Shown here: one piece after another, positions 20,308 to 30,657 of the stretch
Layout of the letters: each line of letters opens with the position of its first letter
Position numbering within the stretch: position 1 is the first letter of the stretch
Assembly (NCBI GenBank): GCA_017504265.1
Contig: JAFVRN010000001.1
Location: forward strand, 33,203-97,202
Origin: Alistipes sp.
Lineage (GTDB): Bacteria > Bacteroidota > Bacteroidia > Bacteroidales > Rikenellaceae
Direction: 5' to 3'
DNA: 64,000 bases
Program-made: the position numbers and the translations under genes
Notes under the pieces: model-generated
The model's input: only the letters and a program-made list of their open reading frames with translations
Database searches by the model: none
Told to the model about the DNA's origin: nothing

Positions 20308-22317
20308 ATGAGGCGACTGTTGCTATCGATATTCTTAGTTCTGCTACTCGCACTGCCCGACAGGGTAAGCGCGCAGTACAATCGCAACTATATCTATTGG
20401 ATGGGACAGCAGTGTATGGTACGTAACGACTACCATGAGGCTATCGAGATACTTAACGTACTGCTTCGCCATGACGAGCGCGACTTCGATGCCTACTTCC
20501 TACGCGGTATCGCCAAGTACAATATGGACGACCTGCTGGGTGCCGATGCCGACTTCACACGTGCCGTAGAGCTTAATCCCGTATTCACGGGAGCATACTA
20601 CTACCGAGCCATAACACGCTCACGTCTTGGCAACTACGACGATGCCCTAAGCGATTTCCGACAGGCCATAGAGCTACGCCCCGACCTCCCCGACCCATAT
20701 TATAGTCGTGGTGTTACACGCCTGCTGAACCAACAGTTCGAGGAGGCTATTGCCGACTTCGACCTCTTTATACGCTACGAGAAGCGTCATGTACCGGCAT
20801 ATATAAATCGTGGCACAAGCTACCTCTATCTCAAAGATACGGCTAAGGCCTACGAGAACTACAACCTTGCCATACGCACCAATCGCGAAGACCCCGATGG
20901 CTACAATCGCCGTGGCGCACTCTATATGGATGAACAGCGATACGAGGAGGCCTTTGCCGACTTCGACCGCGCCGTAGGGTGCGACAGCACCTTTATCCCG
21001 GGATATTTCAACCGCGCGCTGGTAAACAACTATATGCACCGCCCTATGCAGTCACTATCGGACTTCGACCGTGTATTGGAGCTCGACTCGACAAGCTCAT
21101 TGGCATACTTCAATCGTGCCATAGTACGCTCCGAAATAGGCGACTACAACCGTGCATTGGAGGACTTCGACCGCGTGGCATTCTACTCACCCGACAACGT
21201 CCTCGTATACTACAACCGTGCTATGCTCCACACCCGCCTTGGCGATATAGATGCTGCAATCGATGATTATACGCGTGCCATAGAGCTATATCCCGACTTT
21301 GCCAATGCCTATCTCGGACGTAGCGTACTACGTCGCTCACAGCGTGACGTGGCAGGAGCAGATAGCGACCAACAGACGGCCGAGCAAAAGATTGCCGAGT
21401 ACCGCTCCCGCCTAAAAGACTCGACATACTCGATATATGCCGATACGGCGCAACGCTTCGACCGCCTGCTATCGTTCGAGAGTAAACTTATGGAGCGTAA
21501 CTTCGAGCGTATAGCCTCTACCGTAACATCTGCCGGCAGCGACGGATTGACACTTATTCCCATGTTCCGTTTCACGCTGCTCAACGACGATGATGAGAGT
21601 GTCGTAGACCGCCGTGCTAAGCGTTTCGGCACACAGCGTGTCAAGGACTTCAAGGCAAAGCTCTCCAACCCGCTGCTACGTCTTGACTGCCGCGAGAGCA
21701 ACCTCCTACCCGACTCGCTTGTAGCTATCGACAACCGTATTGCCCAGAGAATACACAATGCCGAGAGTCCCGACTGGATAATGCACTTCGAGCGCGGTAT
21801 AAGCCAGTCGCTTATCAAGCAGTACACCAATGCTGTAAATAGCTATACCGAGGCTATTCAGCTCAACCCGTCTAACCCATTTATATATATGAATAGGGCT
21901 ACCACGCGTGCCGAGATGATCGACTTTATATCCTCGATAGACAACTCCTATCAGAGCATAACATTTGACTCCGATCCCGCTAAGCGACTGCATCACAGTA
22001 CCACACGTACGTATAGCTACGATGAGGCCATCGAGGATATGAATAAGGCTATCAAGCTCTATCCCGAGCTTGCCGAGGCATACTACAACCGAGCCAACCT
22101 TATGGCTATCTCGGGACGTTTGCCCGAGGCCTACGATGACTACACACGCGCCATAGAGCTCGAACCCGAACTCGGCGAGGCATACTACAACCGCGGTCTT
22201 GTGCAGATATATATGAAGGATACGCGCAAGGGGTGTATGGATCTGTCGAAGGCCGGCGAGCTTGGCATAGCTTCGGCATACGACATCCTACGACAATTCC
22301 GCATAGCAGAACATTAA
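20308..22317 (+). CDS. Exported multi-TPR protein
   Basis: Signal peptide; many AYYNRG/AIELxP repeats. Confidence 0.9.
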   Translation: MRRLLLSIFLVLLLALPDRVSAQYNRNYIYWMGQQCMVRNDYHEAIEILNVLLRHDERDFDAYFLRGIAKYNMDDLLGADADFTRAVELNPVFTGAYYYRAITRSRLGNYDDALSDFRQAIELRPDLPDPYYSRGVTRLLNQQFEEAIADFDLFIRYEKRHVPAYINRGTSYLYLKDTAKAYENYNLAIRTNREDPDGYNRRGALYMDEQRYEEAFADFDRAVGCDSTFIPGYFNRALVNNYMHRPMQSLSDFDRVLELDSTSSLAYFNRAIVRSEIGDYNRALEDFDRVAFYSPDNVLVYYNRAMLHTRLGDIDAAIDDYTRAIELYPDFANAYLGRSVLRRSQRDVAGADSDQQTAEQKIAEYRSRLKDSTYSIYADTAQRFDRLLSFESKLMERNFERIASTVTSAGSDGLTLIPMFRFTLLNDDDESVVDRRAKRFGTQRVKDFKAKLSNPLLRLDCRESNLLPDSLVAIDNRIAQRIHNAESPDWIMHFERGISQSLIKQYTNAVNSYTEAIQLNPSNPFIYMNRATTRAEMIDFISSIDNSYQSITFDSDPAKRLHHSTTRTYSYDEAIEDMNKAIKLYPELAEAYYNRANLMAISGRLPEAYDDYTRAIELEPELGEAYYNRGLVQIYMKDTRKGCMDLSKAGELGIASAYDILRQFRIAEH

Positions 22318-22374
22318 CATTTGATCTATACCAAACATAAGTTCACAATTTTATAAACTTAAATAATAGTTATT

Positions 22375-23733
22375 ATGACTCAAACCATTCAACGTAAACT
22401 TAACGACTCGGCGTTCGTACGCTGGACAGCGTTGATCCTCATCGCACTGATGATGTTCTTCGCCTACATGTTTGTGGATATGCTCTCGCCTTTGAAGAGC
22501 CAATTGGAGATATCGCTGGGCTGGGATAGCGGTACTTTTGGTACATATGCCGCTTCGGAGTACTTCCTCAACGTATTCTGCTTCTTCCTCATCTTCGCAG
22601 GTATCATCCTCGATAAGATGGGCATCCGCTTTACAGGTCTGTTATCGGCCTCACTGATGGTTCTCGGTGCATGTATCAAGTTCTACGCCATGAGCGAGTG
22701 GTTTATCGGCTCGGGCTTCGAGGCTTGGCTCAACTCGTGGTGGACAACACTGCCGGCTACGGCAAAGCTATCGTGCCTCGGCTTTATGATCTTCGGTTGC
22801 GGCTGTGAGATGGCCGGAACTACGGTATCGAAGGCTATCGCCAAGTGGTTCAAGGGCAAGGAGATGGCTATGGCTATGGGCTTGGAGATGTCTATCGCGC
22901 GTCTCGGCGTATTTGCTGCAATGTGGCTCGCACCTCTGGTATCTGAGAGCTTCGCCGACTCGGTATCTGCCCCTGTACTCTTCGGTGCAGTATTGCTCAC
23001 CATCGGCCTTATCTTCTACACCGTCTTTGTTATCTTGGACAATAAGTTCGACAAGCAGCTCGAGGCTGCCGGCGAGCTTACCAAGGAGGCTTCTGACGAG
23101 GAGTTCAAACTCAGCGATCTGGGCAAGATTTTCACCAGCAAGATGTTCTGGTTAGTAGCTATGTTGTGCGTATTGTACTACTCGGCAATCTTCCCATTCC
23201 AGCGTTATGCCCCCGACTTCTTGGATAAGACTCTCGGCATAGAGAATGGCGCACAGCTATTCAGCTGCTTCCCTATTCTTGCAATGGTCCTCACCCCCTT
23301 CCTTGGTGGATTTATCGACCGCAAGGGTAAGGCTGCATCGATGCTTATGGTAGGCTCTATCATTATGATTGCATGCCACCTCAGCTTCGCATTCCTCCTT
23401 CCTGCATTCCCATCTAAGGTGTTGGCAGTGGCTATCATCGCTATCCTCGGCGTATCATTCTCGCTTGTACCTGCAGCCTTGTGGCCATCGGTACCAAAGA
23501 TTATCGACGAGCGCATCCTTGGCTCGGCATACTGCGTTATCTTCTGGATTCAGAACTGGGGCTTGCTCCTCGTTCCTGTGATTATCGGCAAGGTGCTTGA
23601 CGCTACAGGCGGCTATACACTACCTATGGTTATCTTCTCGTCATTCGGCGTATTTGCCCTCTTCTTCGGCCTATGGCTAAAACGTGAGGACAAGAAGAAG
23701 GGCTACGGTTTGGAGCTTCCTAATATTAAGTAA
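22375..23733 (+). CDS. MFS transporter (MFSD1-like)
   Basis: About 12 TM segments; motif A GIILDKMGIR and GGFIDRKGK. Confidence 0.88.
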   Translation: MTQTIQRKLNDSAFVRWTALILIALMMFFAYMFVDMLSPLKSQLEISLGWDSGTFGTYAASEYFLNVFCFFLIFAGIILDKMGIRFTGLLSASLMVLGACIKFYAMSEWFIGSGFEAWLNSWWTTLPATAKLSCLGFMIFGCGCEMAGTTVSKAIAKWFKGKEMAMAMGLEMSIARLGVFAAMWLAPLVSESFADSVSAPVLFGAVLLTIGLIFYTVFVILDNKFDKQLEAAGELTKEASDEEFKLSDLGKIFTSKMFWLVAMLCVLYYSAIFPFQRYAPDFLDKTLGIENGAQLFSCFPILAMVLTPFLGGFIDRKGKAASMLMVGSIIMIACHLSFAFLLPAFPSKVLAVAIIAILGVSFSLVPAALWPSVPKIIDERILGSAYCVIFWIQNWGLLLVPVIIGKVLDATGGYTLPMVIFSSFGVFALFFGLWLKREDKKKGYGLELPNIK

Positions 23734-23753
23734 TCCAACGTAGCAGTTGTAGA

Positions 23754-24272
23754 ATGGGCGTGTCCAACAAGTTTTGGACACGCCCATCATTTTAGAAGTT
23801 GCTCGCAGGGTAAAGCCATGCCACTGCTTTTGCAGGGCAGAGCCCTGCCCTCTGCTTTGCAGAGGAAAGGGTAGTTCACGCCTGCGGCGTTAAAGGGTAG
23901 TTAAAGGGTAGCTGAAGGGAGCGTGGATTTTGTGTTGCAGGGCTTTGCCCTGCCACTGCGAAGCAGTGTGGGTCAGATGGGTTAAATGGGTCCAATGGGT
24001 TAGATGGGGATTTTCCACCGAACCCACAGAACCCACAGAACCCACAGAACCCACAAAACACACCGAACCCATAGAACCCATAGAACCCATAGAACCCATA
24101 GAACCCATAGAACCCACCCCACTCGGGATAATCAGCGGTTAAACCCCAAATTTTTGTCAGAAGGGGTTAGCTGTGGCCTCGATTAAGAAATTGCCCCGGA
24201 TGGATAGTACTTAGCGTACATTCCATTCGGGGCAATGATTGAGAGGTCGCAGATGACCCCTTATCACAAAAA
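23754..24272 (-). repeat. Mosaic repeat copy 3 (inverted): Q palindrome, GCAGGGC palindromes, tail, 11-unit 9-mer array (24019-24117), linker, hairpin H-A (24151-24272)
   Basis: Direct alignment with copies 1 and 2. Confidence 0.92.
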
Positions 24273-24357
24273 TTTTCGTTTGTGTGTGAAACAAAAACAC
24301 CACCTTTTACGTATATGTAGGTAATTGTAGAATAATTATTGTAAGAGAGATAGATTT

Positions 24358-25218
24358 ATGCGTCAATTAAAAATTACTAAGTCGATTACGAACCGCGAGA
24401 GTGCGTCGTTGGACAAGTATCTACAAGAGATTGGTAAAGAGGAGCTTATATCGGTAGAGGAGGAGGTAGAACTTGCGCAACGCATCAAGCGTGGCGACCA
24501 GGAGGCTTTGGAGAAGCTCACTAAGGCAAACCTTCGTTTCGTGGTATCTGTGGCCAAGCAGTATCAGAATCAGGGATTGAGCCTTCCCGACCTTATCAAT
24601 GAGGGTAACCTCGGCCTTATCAAGGCTGCCGAGAAGTTCGACGAGACACGTGGTTTTAAGTTTATTTCGTATGCCGTATGGTGGATACGTCAGTCGATAT
24701 TACAGGCTCTTGCCGAGCAATCGCGTATAGTACGTCTGCCTCTAAACCAGGTGGGTTCACTGAATAAGATTAACAAGGCCTTTGCTCGTTTCGAGCAGGA
24801 GCACGAGCGCACACCTTCGGCCGAGGAGCTGGCAAACGAGTTGGAGCTTCCAAAGGAGAAGGTTACAGACACGTTGCGTGTTGCCGGTCGCCATATCTCG
24901 GTAGATGCCCCCTTTGCCGATGGCGAGGACAACAGCCTGCTCGACGTATTGGTAAACACCGATTCACCCAACGCCGACCGCGGTCTTATCAACGAGTCGT
25001 TGGCTACGGAGGTGGAACGCGCCTTGGAGATACTCACCGAGAGAGAGCGAGATATTATTCGTTACTTCTTCGGCATAGGTTGCTCGGAGATGACCCTGGA
25101 GGAGATTGGCGAGAAGTTTGACCTCACACGCGAGCGCGTGCGCCAGATTAAGGAGAAGGCTATACGCAAGCTCCGTCAGTCGTCACGCAGCTCACTTCTC
25201 AAATCGTATCTGGGATAG
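24358..25218 (+). CDS. rpoD: Primary sigma factor, short Bacteroidota SigA/RpoD type
   Basis: [41 protein letters not shown]; lacks region 1.1. Confidence 0.93.
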   Translation: MRQLKITKSITNRESASLDKYLQEIGKEELISVEEEVELAQRIKRGDQEALEKLTKANLRFVVSVAKQYQNQGLSLPDLINEGNLGLIKAAEKFDETRGFKFISYAVWWIRQSILQALAEQSRIVRLPLNQVGSLNKINKAFARFEQEHERTPSAEELANELELPKEKVTDTLRVAGRHISVDAPFADGEDNSLLDVLVNTDSPNADRGLINESLATEVERALEILTERERDIIRYFFGIGCSEMTLEEIGEKFDLTRERVRQIKEKAIRKLRQSSRSSLLKSYLG

Positions 25219-25236
25219 TCACCCTGCGCTTCGTAG

Positions 25237-25274
25237 AAAAAATGTGATTTGCCTCTTGCAAGTCACATTTTTTT
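25237..25274 (+). terminator. Terminator after rpoD, overlapping the next promoter
   Basis: AAAAAATGTGATTTGC/GCAAGTCACATTTTTT; TATATTTG -7 box at 25277-25284. Confidence 0.7.
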
Positions 25275-25290
25275 CGTATATTTGCACCAG

Positions 25291-25459
25291 CATTGGTTCT
25301 CAGGGGCTACGCTCCTATGGAGATTAAAAGGGAAATGGGTGAGATTCCCATACAGTTCCCGCTGCTGTAAGTTCTCAAAAAGCTCTACGACATCAATTTG
25401 TCACTGGCCGCAAGGCTGGGAAGGCATCGTAGAGCGGAACAAGTCAGAAGACCTGCCAA
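25291..25459 (+). ncRNA. Cobalamin riboswitch
   Basis: AAGGGAA...GGTGAGATTCC...CCCGCTGCTGTAA...CACTGG...GGGAAGGC...B12 box AAGTCAGAAGACCTGCC; lies upstream of btu genes. Confidence 0.93.
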
Positions 25460-25528
25460 GCGTTTATAACGAGATTATGCCTACGGCGAATGGGCTGGTC
25501 TGCGACTTGATTATTAATCGAGTGAAAT

Positions 25529-25675
25529 ATGAAAAATGAGGTTACCATAGTAGCACCCAAGGGTGTTGTTGGCGGCGTAGGTATTATGTCGCAGGTATCC
25601 CCTATTTGGCATAATCTCGTTGTGTCGGTTACGGAGAATGACTTTTCACAAACCTTAAAAAAACACAACGTATGA
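25529..25675 (+). CDS. Possible 48-aa upstream ORF (MKNEVTIVAPKG...KKHNV)
   Basis: First A-rich-context ATG after the riboswitch; its TGA overlaps the next ATG (ATGA). No recognisable homology. Confidence 0.3.
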   Translation: MKNEVTIVAPKGVVGGVGIMSQVSPIWHNLVVSVTENDFSQTLKKHNV

Positions 25676-25845
25676 GAAAACAACAATTTGGCTACCACAA
25701 GGTAGGGGGCTATGTACGACCGTCGATAGAGGTCATCACAGCCGAGGTAGAACAAGGATTTTTGTTATCGGATATCGGAGGTGGCTCGGAGCCCGAGCCA
25801 GAAGATCCGGGTAACCAAGAGCCATCGCCTTGGGAAGATATGTAA
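25672..25845 (+). CDS. 57-aa YVxP-motif micro-protein P1 (MRKQQFGYHKVGGYVRPSIEVITAEVEQGFLLSDIGGGSEPEPEDPGNQEPSPWEDM)
   Basis: Manually translated; shares its motif with the ORFs at 36274 and 39337; not in the ORF track. Confidence 0.8.
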   Translation: MRKQQFGYHKVGGYVRPSIEVITAEVEQGFLLSDIGGGSEPEPEDPGNQEPSPWEDM

Positions 25846-25875
25846 AACAGTAACAACATTAACATTGACTAAACT

Positions 25876-27816
25876 ATGAAAAGAATAATTATAGTGTTGG
25901 CTGTTGCTATCATATCGGCAGCCTGCGATAAGAGCTTCGAGAATATCAACAACTATGAGCCTTGCGACGAGGCATTGATAATCACGGGATATAACGGCGA
26001 GTATACCCGTACCGAATTTGGCACACCCAACGACACAGAGATACCCTTCTTATGGTCTGCGGGCGACTATATTTGGTTGGGCGAGAATCGCAGTCAGAGC
26101 ATCTCCGAGGATTGTTCTTTGGCACACTTTAACTTCGATGCCGGCACAGCAGTTATCGGCACCGGCCACGTATTCTACAATATGACCGGTAAGGCAAAGA
26201 GTGCAAACGTACCTACGGAACAGTCTGCACACAAGAATTTGGGCGAGAACGGCGACTTTGGATATGCCACTCTCGACGAGTATAACTCCTTCTATTTGAA
26301 ACACAAGACAGCTTATATATGGTTTGATACCACGACACAAGATGTGGATCTACCTAAGCTCAGCTCCATCACCCTATCAACCGAGGATATCGACATAGCA
26401 GGAGAGCGTGTATATGACTTCGACAACGATAGTTGGGAGGATACAACAACAGAGGCCAGCAATAGCATAACCCTTAGCTTCGGAGATGGCATTAAGCTCC
26501 AAGAGAGCAACGAGGGCGTTATGGCCACTATGGTAGTACTTCCCGCCTCTATTAGCGGAAGCGAGATAACTATAACATACACCTTTGCAAATGGTCTTAT
26601 TTATAAAGAGGTCAAGCACCCCACAAAAAATCTCGAGGCAGGTGCAACACAGCGTATAGCCACAACCATTGCCTTAAACGACCTTGAAGAGGCAACGGCA
26701 GAGGTTGCCATCACGGCAGATAAGAGCTCGATTGTTGCCGATGGCGAGGAGAAGGTGACCTTCACTGTTACGGTTGATGGTGTAGCTACGACCGAGGATG
26801 TTAAGATTATCAACGTGGCAGATAATAGCGAACTACCCAACTTTGAGTTTACTACCACTACTGCCGGAGAGTATCAGTTTAAGGCCATCTATGATGAGGT
26901 TGAGTCTGAGATAGTGACCATTACCGCTAACGAGCCAGAATTAAGCTACGAGTTGCGAGTGCTCACATTCGAGGATAAGGATGCTCGTTTTGAGCCCTAC
27001 ACTTTGGACTACGCTGGCGCGGATATTACAACTTGGAGTGATTTGATTGATGACCCTCAGTATGGAGGTCCACTAACCTATGGAGATTATACGAATACGG
27101 CCTACACCTGGTGGGATGAGGGTAATACCGAGCTTTGTCACACCTTCCCATACAACTACGCCTACTGCTTCTGGGGTGGTGGTCACGCCATCTCGAACTA
27201 TTGGGGCGAAGGATGGAGCGACGAGGATAGAGATAACCACATCGCAAAATACTACGGCGAGGATTATGTTATAGAGAATGCCGGTAACGACCAGATGCTT
27301 GGTTGGTTCAACCTACAATTTATGATACCGGTAGAGGCCTATTCGGGCGATAACTTCGTAGTACATTATGGCTATAAAGATGACTACGCATACATTGAAA
27401 ATCTACCAGAGATTGCGTTTGCAGATGATGTAGCTCGTGTTATTGACCATATGTGGGTAACCAATACGAACTACACCTTGAATCAATTATACAATGGTGT
27501 GAAGAGCGAGGCCGGCAATAGCTTTGGTGGCAACTGGGAAGGTCTTACCGAGGATGCTTGGTTGAAGATTACAGCCCAAGGATTTGACGATGTGGAGGCC
27601 GATGCTTACGCCGAGCCTATCAGCGAGGTTGAGTTCTACTTGGTACAGGGAGAAAATGTAGTAACCGATTGGCAGAAGTGGGATCTCTCGGGGCTTGGTG
27701 CGGTAAAAAAGGTGCGCTTCAACTTCCTCTACTCCGAAGAGATGGGAGGACGCTACGGATTTACTATTCCGGGCTACTTCGCATATGATGACGTGGCAGT
27801 GCGTTTTGAAAAATAG
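25876..27816 (+). CDS. Lipoprotein: fimbrillin/type V pilin-like N-terminus, Ig-like domain, DUF4465 (BtuJ-like) C-terminus
   Basis: Lipobox ISAAC; TRT...WSAGDYIW...VPTEQ...HKTAYI; ITADKSSIVADG Ig repeat; C-terminal GGHAISNY, VTNTNY, DWQKWDLSGLG, PGYFAYDDV. Confidence 0.7.
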   Translation: MKRIIIVLAVAIISAACDKSFENINNYEPCDEALIITGYNGEYTRTEFGTPNDTEIPFLWSAGDYIWLGENRSQSISEDCSLAHFNFDAGTAVIGTGHVFYNMTGKAKSANVPTEQSAHKNLGENGDFGYATLDEYNSFYLKHKTAYIWFDTTTQDVDLPKLSSITLSTEDIDIAGERVYDFDNDSWEDTTTEASNSITLSFGDGIKLQESNEGVMATMVVLPASISGSEITITYTFANGLIYKEVKHPTKNLEAGATQRIATTIALNDLEEATAEVAITADKSSIVADGEEKVTFTVTVDGVATTEDVKIINVADNSELPNFEFTTTTAGEYQFKAIYDEVESEIVTITANEPELSYELRVLTFEDKDARFEPYTLDYAGADITTWSDLIDDPQYGGPLTYGDYTNTAYTWWDEGNTELCHTFPYNYAYCFWGGGHAISNYWGEGWSDEDRDNHIAKYYGEDYVIENAGNDQMLGWFNLQFMIPVEAYSGDNFVVHYGYKDDYAYIENLPEIAFADDVARVIDHMWVTNTNYTLNQLYNGVKSEAGNSFGGNWEGLTEDAWLKITAQGFDDVEADAYAEPISEVEFYLVQGENVVTDWQKWDLSGLGAVKKVRFNFLYSEEMGGRYGFTIPGYFAYDDVAVRFEK

Positions 27817-27819
27817 TAT

Positions 27820-29583
27820 ATGAATAGATTTTTAGATTTTTTGTTTTTAAGTGTGGCTATTGCGATGTTCTCGTCTTGTAATATAGACGAGGACATCACG
27901 GTGGCAAACCTCCCAAAGATTATTCTCGATAGCGAGAATGGAATATATAGAGTAAAACAGGGGCGTGAGATTACTATTGCCCCAAGCTATGAGTATGCCG
28001 AAGGGGCGACTTATAACTGGACTATGAATGGTGAGGTACTGGGCACTTCACCCTCATTGTCATTTATCGGAGAGGAACTTGGCGAGCACTTTATAATGCT
28101 TACCATAACCACCGATGGAGGTTCGGACAGCGAGGAGATACGTGTCGATGTGGTAGAGTTGGAGATTCCCACCGTAAGCATTGCAGGCGAAGATAGGATG
28201 ACTGTTGCCATCGGAGCAGAATTAAGCCTGCGTGCCACTATTCGAGAGACCTCGCTTCAAACAAGCTTCCATTGGAGCATCAACACGGAAGAGGTGGGCA
28301 CAGAACTCAACTACACATTCAAAGCCGAGAAGGTCGGTAATTACACCATTACCGCAACGGCAACAAATGAAGATGGTACTCATAGCGACACTATCGCTAT
28401 TGAGGTGCTAAATAGAGAGGATATGCCTATTATGTGGGAGTTTGACCGCACAGCATATCATACAGTTGTGGGGCGCAAACTGCTAATTAAGCCCACTGCC
28501 ATAAGTAACGCAGAGGGTGCTACCTACACTTGGCAGGTAGGAGATGATGAGGCCACGGTTGGCAACGAGTCGTTTGTCTTTACCGCCGATAATGTCGGTG
28601 AGTATAACATCCAAGCTACCGCCTCTATCGAACGTGAAGGTAAGCAAATTACGCTCACCCACACGTTTGTAGTTACTGTCTATGAGGCTGGGGCTTTCTA
28701 TCGTGCAAAGAGCAGCACATCAAAAGCCGATTGGAATAAGGTATACGAATATACCCCCGCACCAGGTCAATTTATTAACGAGTTAAAGACAGGTGGTTTC
28801 GACGGTACGCAGACTACTCCGGAATCGGCTATTGCCTATGCCGAGGCACGAATGAACGAGGTAGATAGAGAGGGTAATCCCTATCCTAATTGGGTCTCGC
28901 TGGGTGGCTTTGGCGGATATATCATCGTAGGCTTCGACCACAGCATAGATAACTCTGGCGACTACGACCTCGGCATCCTCGGCAACTCGTTCAGCGGCTC
29001 TTCGGAGCCTGGCATTGTATGGGTTATGCAGGATGAAAATGGTAACGGTATACCCGACGATACGTGGTATGAGCTCTCGGGCTCGGAGACGGGTAAGGCG
29101 GAGACCATTCAGCAGTATTCGGTGACCTACTACCGCCCAACAGGTCCGATGATGCCTGTACTATGGACAGACAACCTTGGAGGTAGCGGAGAGATTGACT
29201 ATCTCACCCAATTCCACCGACAGGAGTATTACTATCCGCTTTGGGTTGAGGAGGATAGCTATACTCTTACAGGAACACTACTTAAAGCTCGCAACTACGA
29301 TGCTTCGGGCAATGGTTCTTATTGGGTAAATGGAGAGTACGATTGGGGCTATGCCGACAATTTTAGTGCTATTGACAGACTTTCGGACAGCGCAAATGCC
29401 AACGCCGATATCAATGCCAACCACTTCAAAATATCGCACGCCATAGACTTTGAGTGCCGGCCTATACATCTCGACTATATCGACTTTGTGAAGGTGCAGG
29501 TTGGTGTAAATGCCAAGAGTGGATGGATTGGAGAGCTATCTACTGAGGTATGCGGCTTTTATGACTATAGTATGAAAAAGTAA
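27820..29583 (+). CDS. BtuH-like surface lipoprotein (PKD-like repeats plus B12-binding domain)
   Basis: Lipobox FSSC; three PKD-like repeats; EYTPAPGQFIN, VSLGGFGGYI, SEPGIVWVMQDENGNGIPDDTWYEL. Confidence 0.8.
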   Translation: MNRFLDFLFLSVAIAMFSSCNIDEDITVANLPKIILDSENGIYRVKQGREITIAPSYEYAEGATYNWTMNGEVLGTSPSLSFIGEELGEHFIMLTITTDGGSDSEEIRVDVVELEIPTVSIAGEDRMTVAIGAELSLRATIRETSLQTSFHWSINTEEVGTELNYTFKAEKVGNYTITATATNEDGTHSDTIAIEVLNREDMPIMWEFDRTAYHTVVGRKLLIKPTAISNAEGATYTWQVGDDEATVGNESFVFTADNVGEYNIQATASIEREGKQITLTHTFVVTVYEAGAFYRAKSSTSKADWNKVYEYTPAPGQFINELKTGGFDGTQTTPESAIAYAEARMNEVDREGNPYPNWVSLGGFGGYIIVGFDHSIDNSGDYDLGILGNSFSGSSEPGIVWVMQDENGNGIPDDTWYELSGSETGKAETIQQYSVTYYRPTGPMMPVLWTDNLGGSGEIDYLTQFHRQEYYYPLWVEEDSYTLTGTLLKARNYDASGNGSYWVNGEYDWGYADNFSAIDRLSDSANANADINANHFKISHAIDFECRPIHLDYIDFVKVQVGVNAKSGWIGELSTEVCGFYDYSMKK

Positions 29584-29586
29584 ACT

Positions 29587-30657
29587 ATGACGACAAAGTG
29601 TGTGCGCCTTATACTGCTTACGCTACTCCTACTGCATAGCTCTTGTATGAAGTGGGAATATGGCTTGGAGGAGGAGTTTCAAAACGACGCCTCGGAACGT
29701 GGTCTGTTTATATGCAACGAGGGTAACTTCCAGTATGGCAATGCCACACTATCGTACTACAACCCCGAAACAAAAGAGGTTCAAAACGAGGTATTCTATC
29801 GTGCCAATGCCATGAAACTTGGTGATATAGCACAGTCTATGGTCATACGCAACGGCATAGGCTGGGTGGTGGTAAACAACTCGCACGTAATCTTTGCTAT
29901 CGACGTAAACACCTTCAAGGAGGTGGGGCGTATAACAAACCTTACATCGCCTCGATACATACACTTCCTATCGGACGAGAAGGCCTACGTAACACAGATT
30001 TGGGATAATCGTATATTTATCGTAAACCCCAAACGCTACGAGATAACAGGCTATATTGATGTGCCGAAGATGACTATGGAATCGGGCTCTACGGAGCAGA
30101 TGGTGCAATATGGTAAGTACGTATATGTCAATTGCTGGTCATACCAAAACCGAATACTTAAAATCGACACCGAGACCGATCAGGTGGTAGATGAACTCGT
30201 CGTAGGCATTCAGCCTACATCACTTGTTATGGACTGTAATAACAAGCTGTGGACTATCACGGATGGTGGCTACGAGGGCTCACCCTATGGACACGAGGCG
30301 CCCTCGCTCTATCGCATCGATGCCGAGAGTTTCACAATCGAGAAGCAATTCAAATTTGAGTTTGGCGACTGGCCATCTGAGGTACAACTCAACGGCACAA
30401 AGGATAAGCTATATTGGCTTAACGACGATGTATGGGAGATGGATGTAACAGCCGACAGAGTGCCTGTACGTCCGTTCCTGCCCTACAACGGCACTATATA
30501 CTACGGCCTTACGGTAGACCCAACCAATGGCGATGTATATATCGCCGATGCGATAGACTATGTTCAGCAGGGGATGGTATATCGCTACTCGAAAGATAGA
30601 GAACTCATAGATAGCTTCTACGTGGGTATCATACCAGGAGCATTTTGTTGGAAATAA
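29587..30657 (+). CDS. btuG: BtuG-like beta-propeller cobalamin-binding lipoprotein (YncE family)
   Basis: Lipobox HSSC; NEGNFQYGNATLSYY, LGDIAQSM, VYIADAIDY, VGIIPGAFCWK; adjacent to a TonB-dependent receptor under a B12 riboswitch. Confidence 0.87.
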   Translation: MTTKCVRLILLTLLLLHSSCMKWEYGLEEEFQNDASERGLFICNEGNFQYGNATLSYYNPETKEVQNEVFYRANAMKLGDIAQSMVIRNGIGWVVVNNSHVIFAIDVNTFKEVGRITNLTSPRYIHFLSDEKAYVTQIWDNRIFIVNPKRYEITGYIDVPKMTMESGSTEQMVQYGKYVYVNCWSYQNRILKIDTETDQVVDELVVGIQPTSLVMDCNNKLWTITDGGYEGSPYGHEAPSLYRIDAESFTIEKQFKFEFGDWPSEVQLNGTKDKLYWLNDDVWEMDVTADRVPVRPFLPYNGTIYYGLTVDPTNGDVYIADAIDYVQQGMVYRYSKDRELIDSFYVGIIPGAFCWK

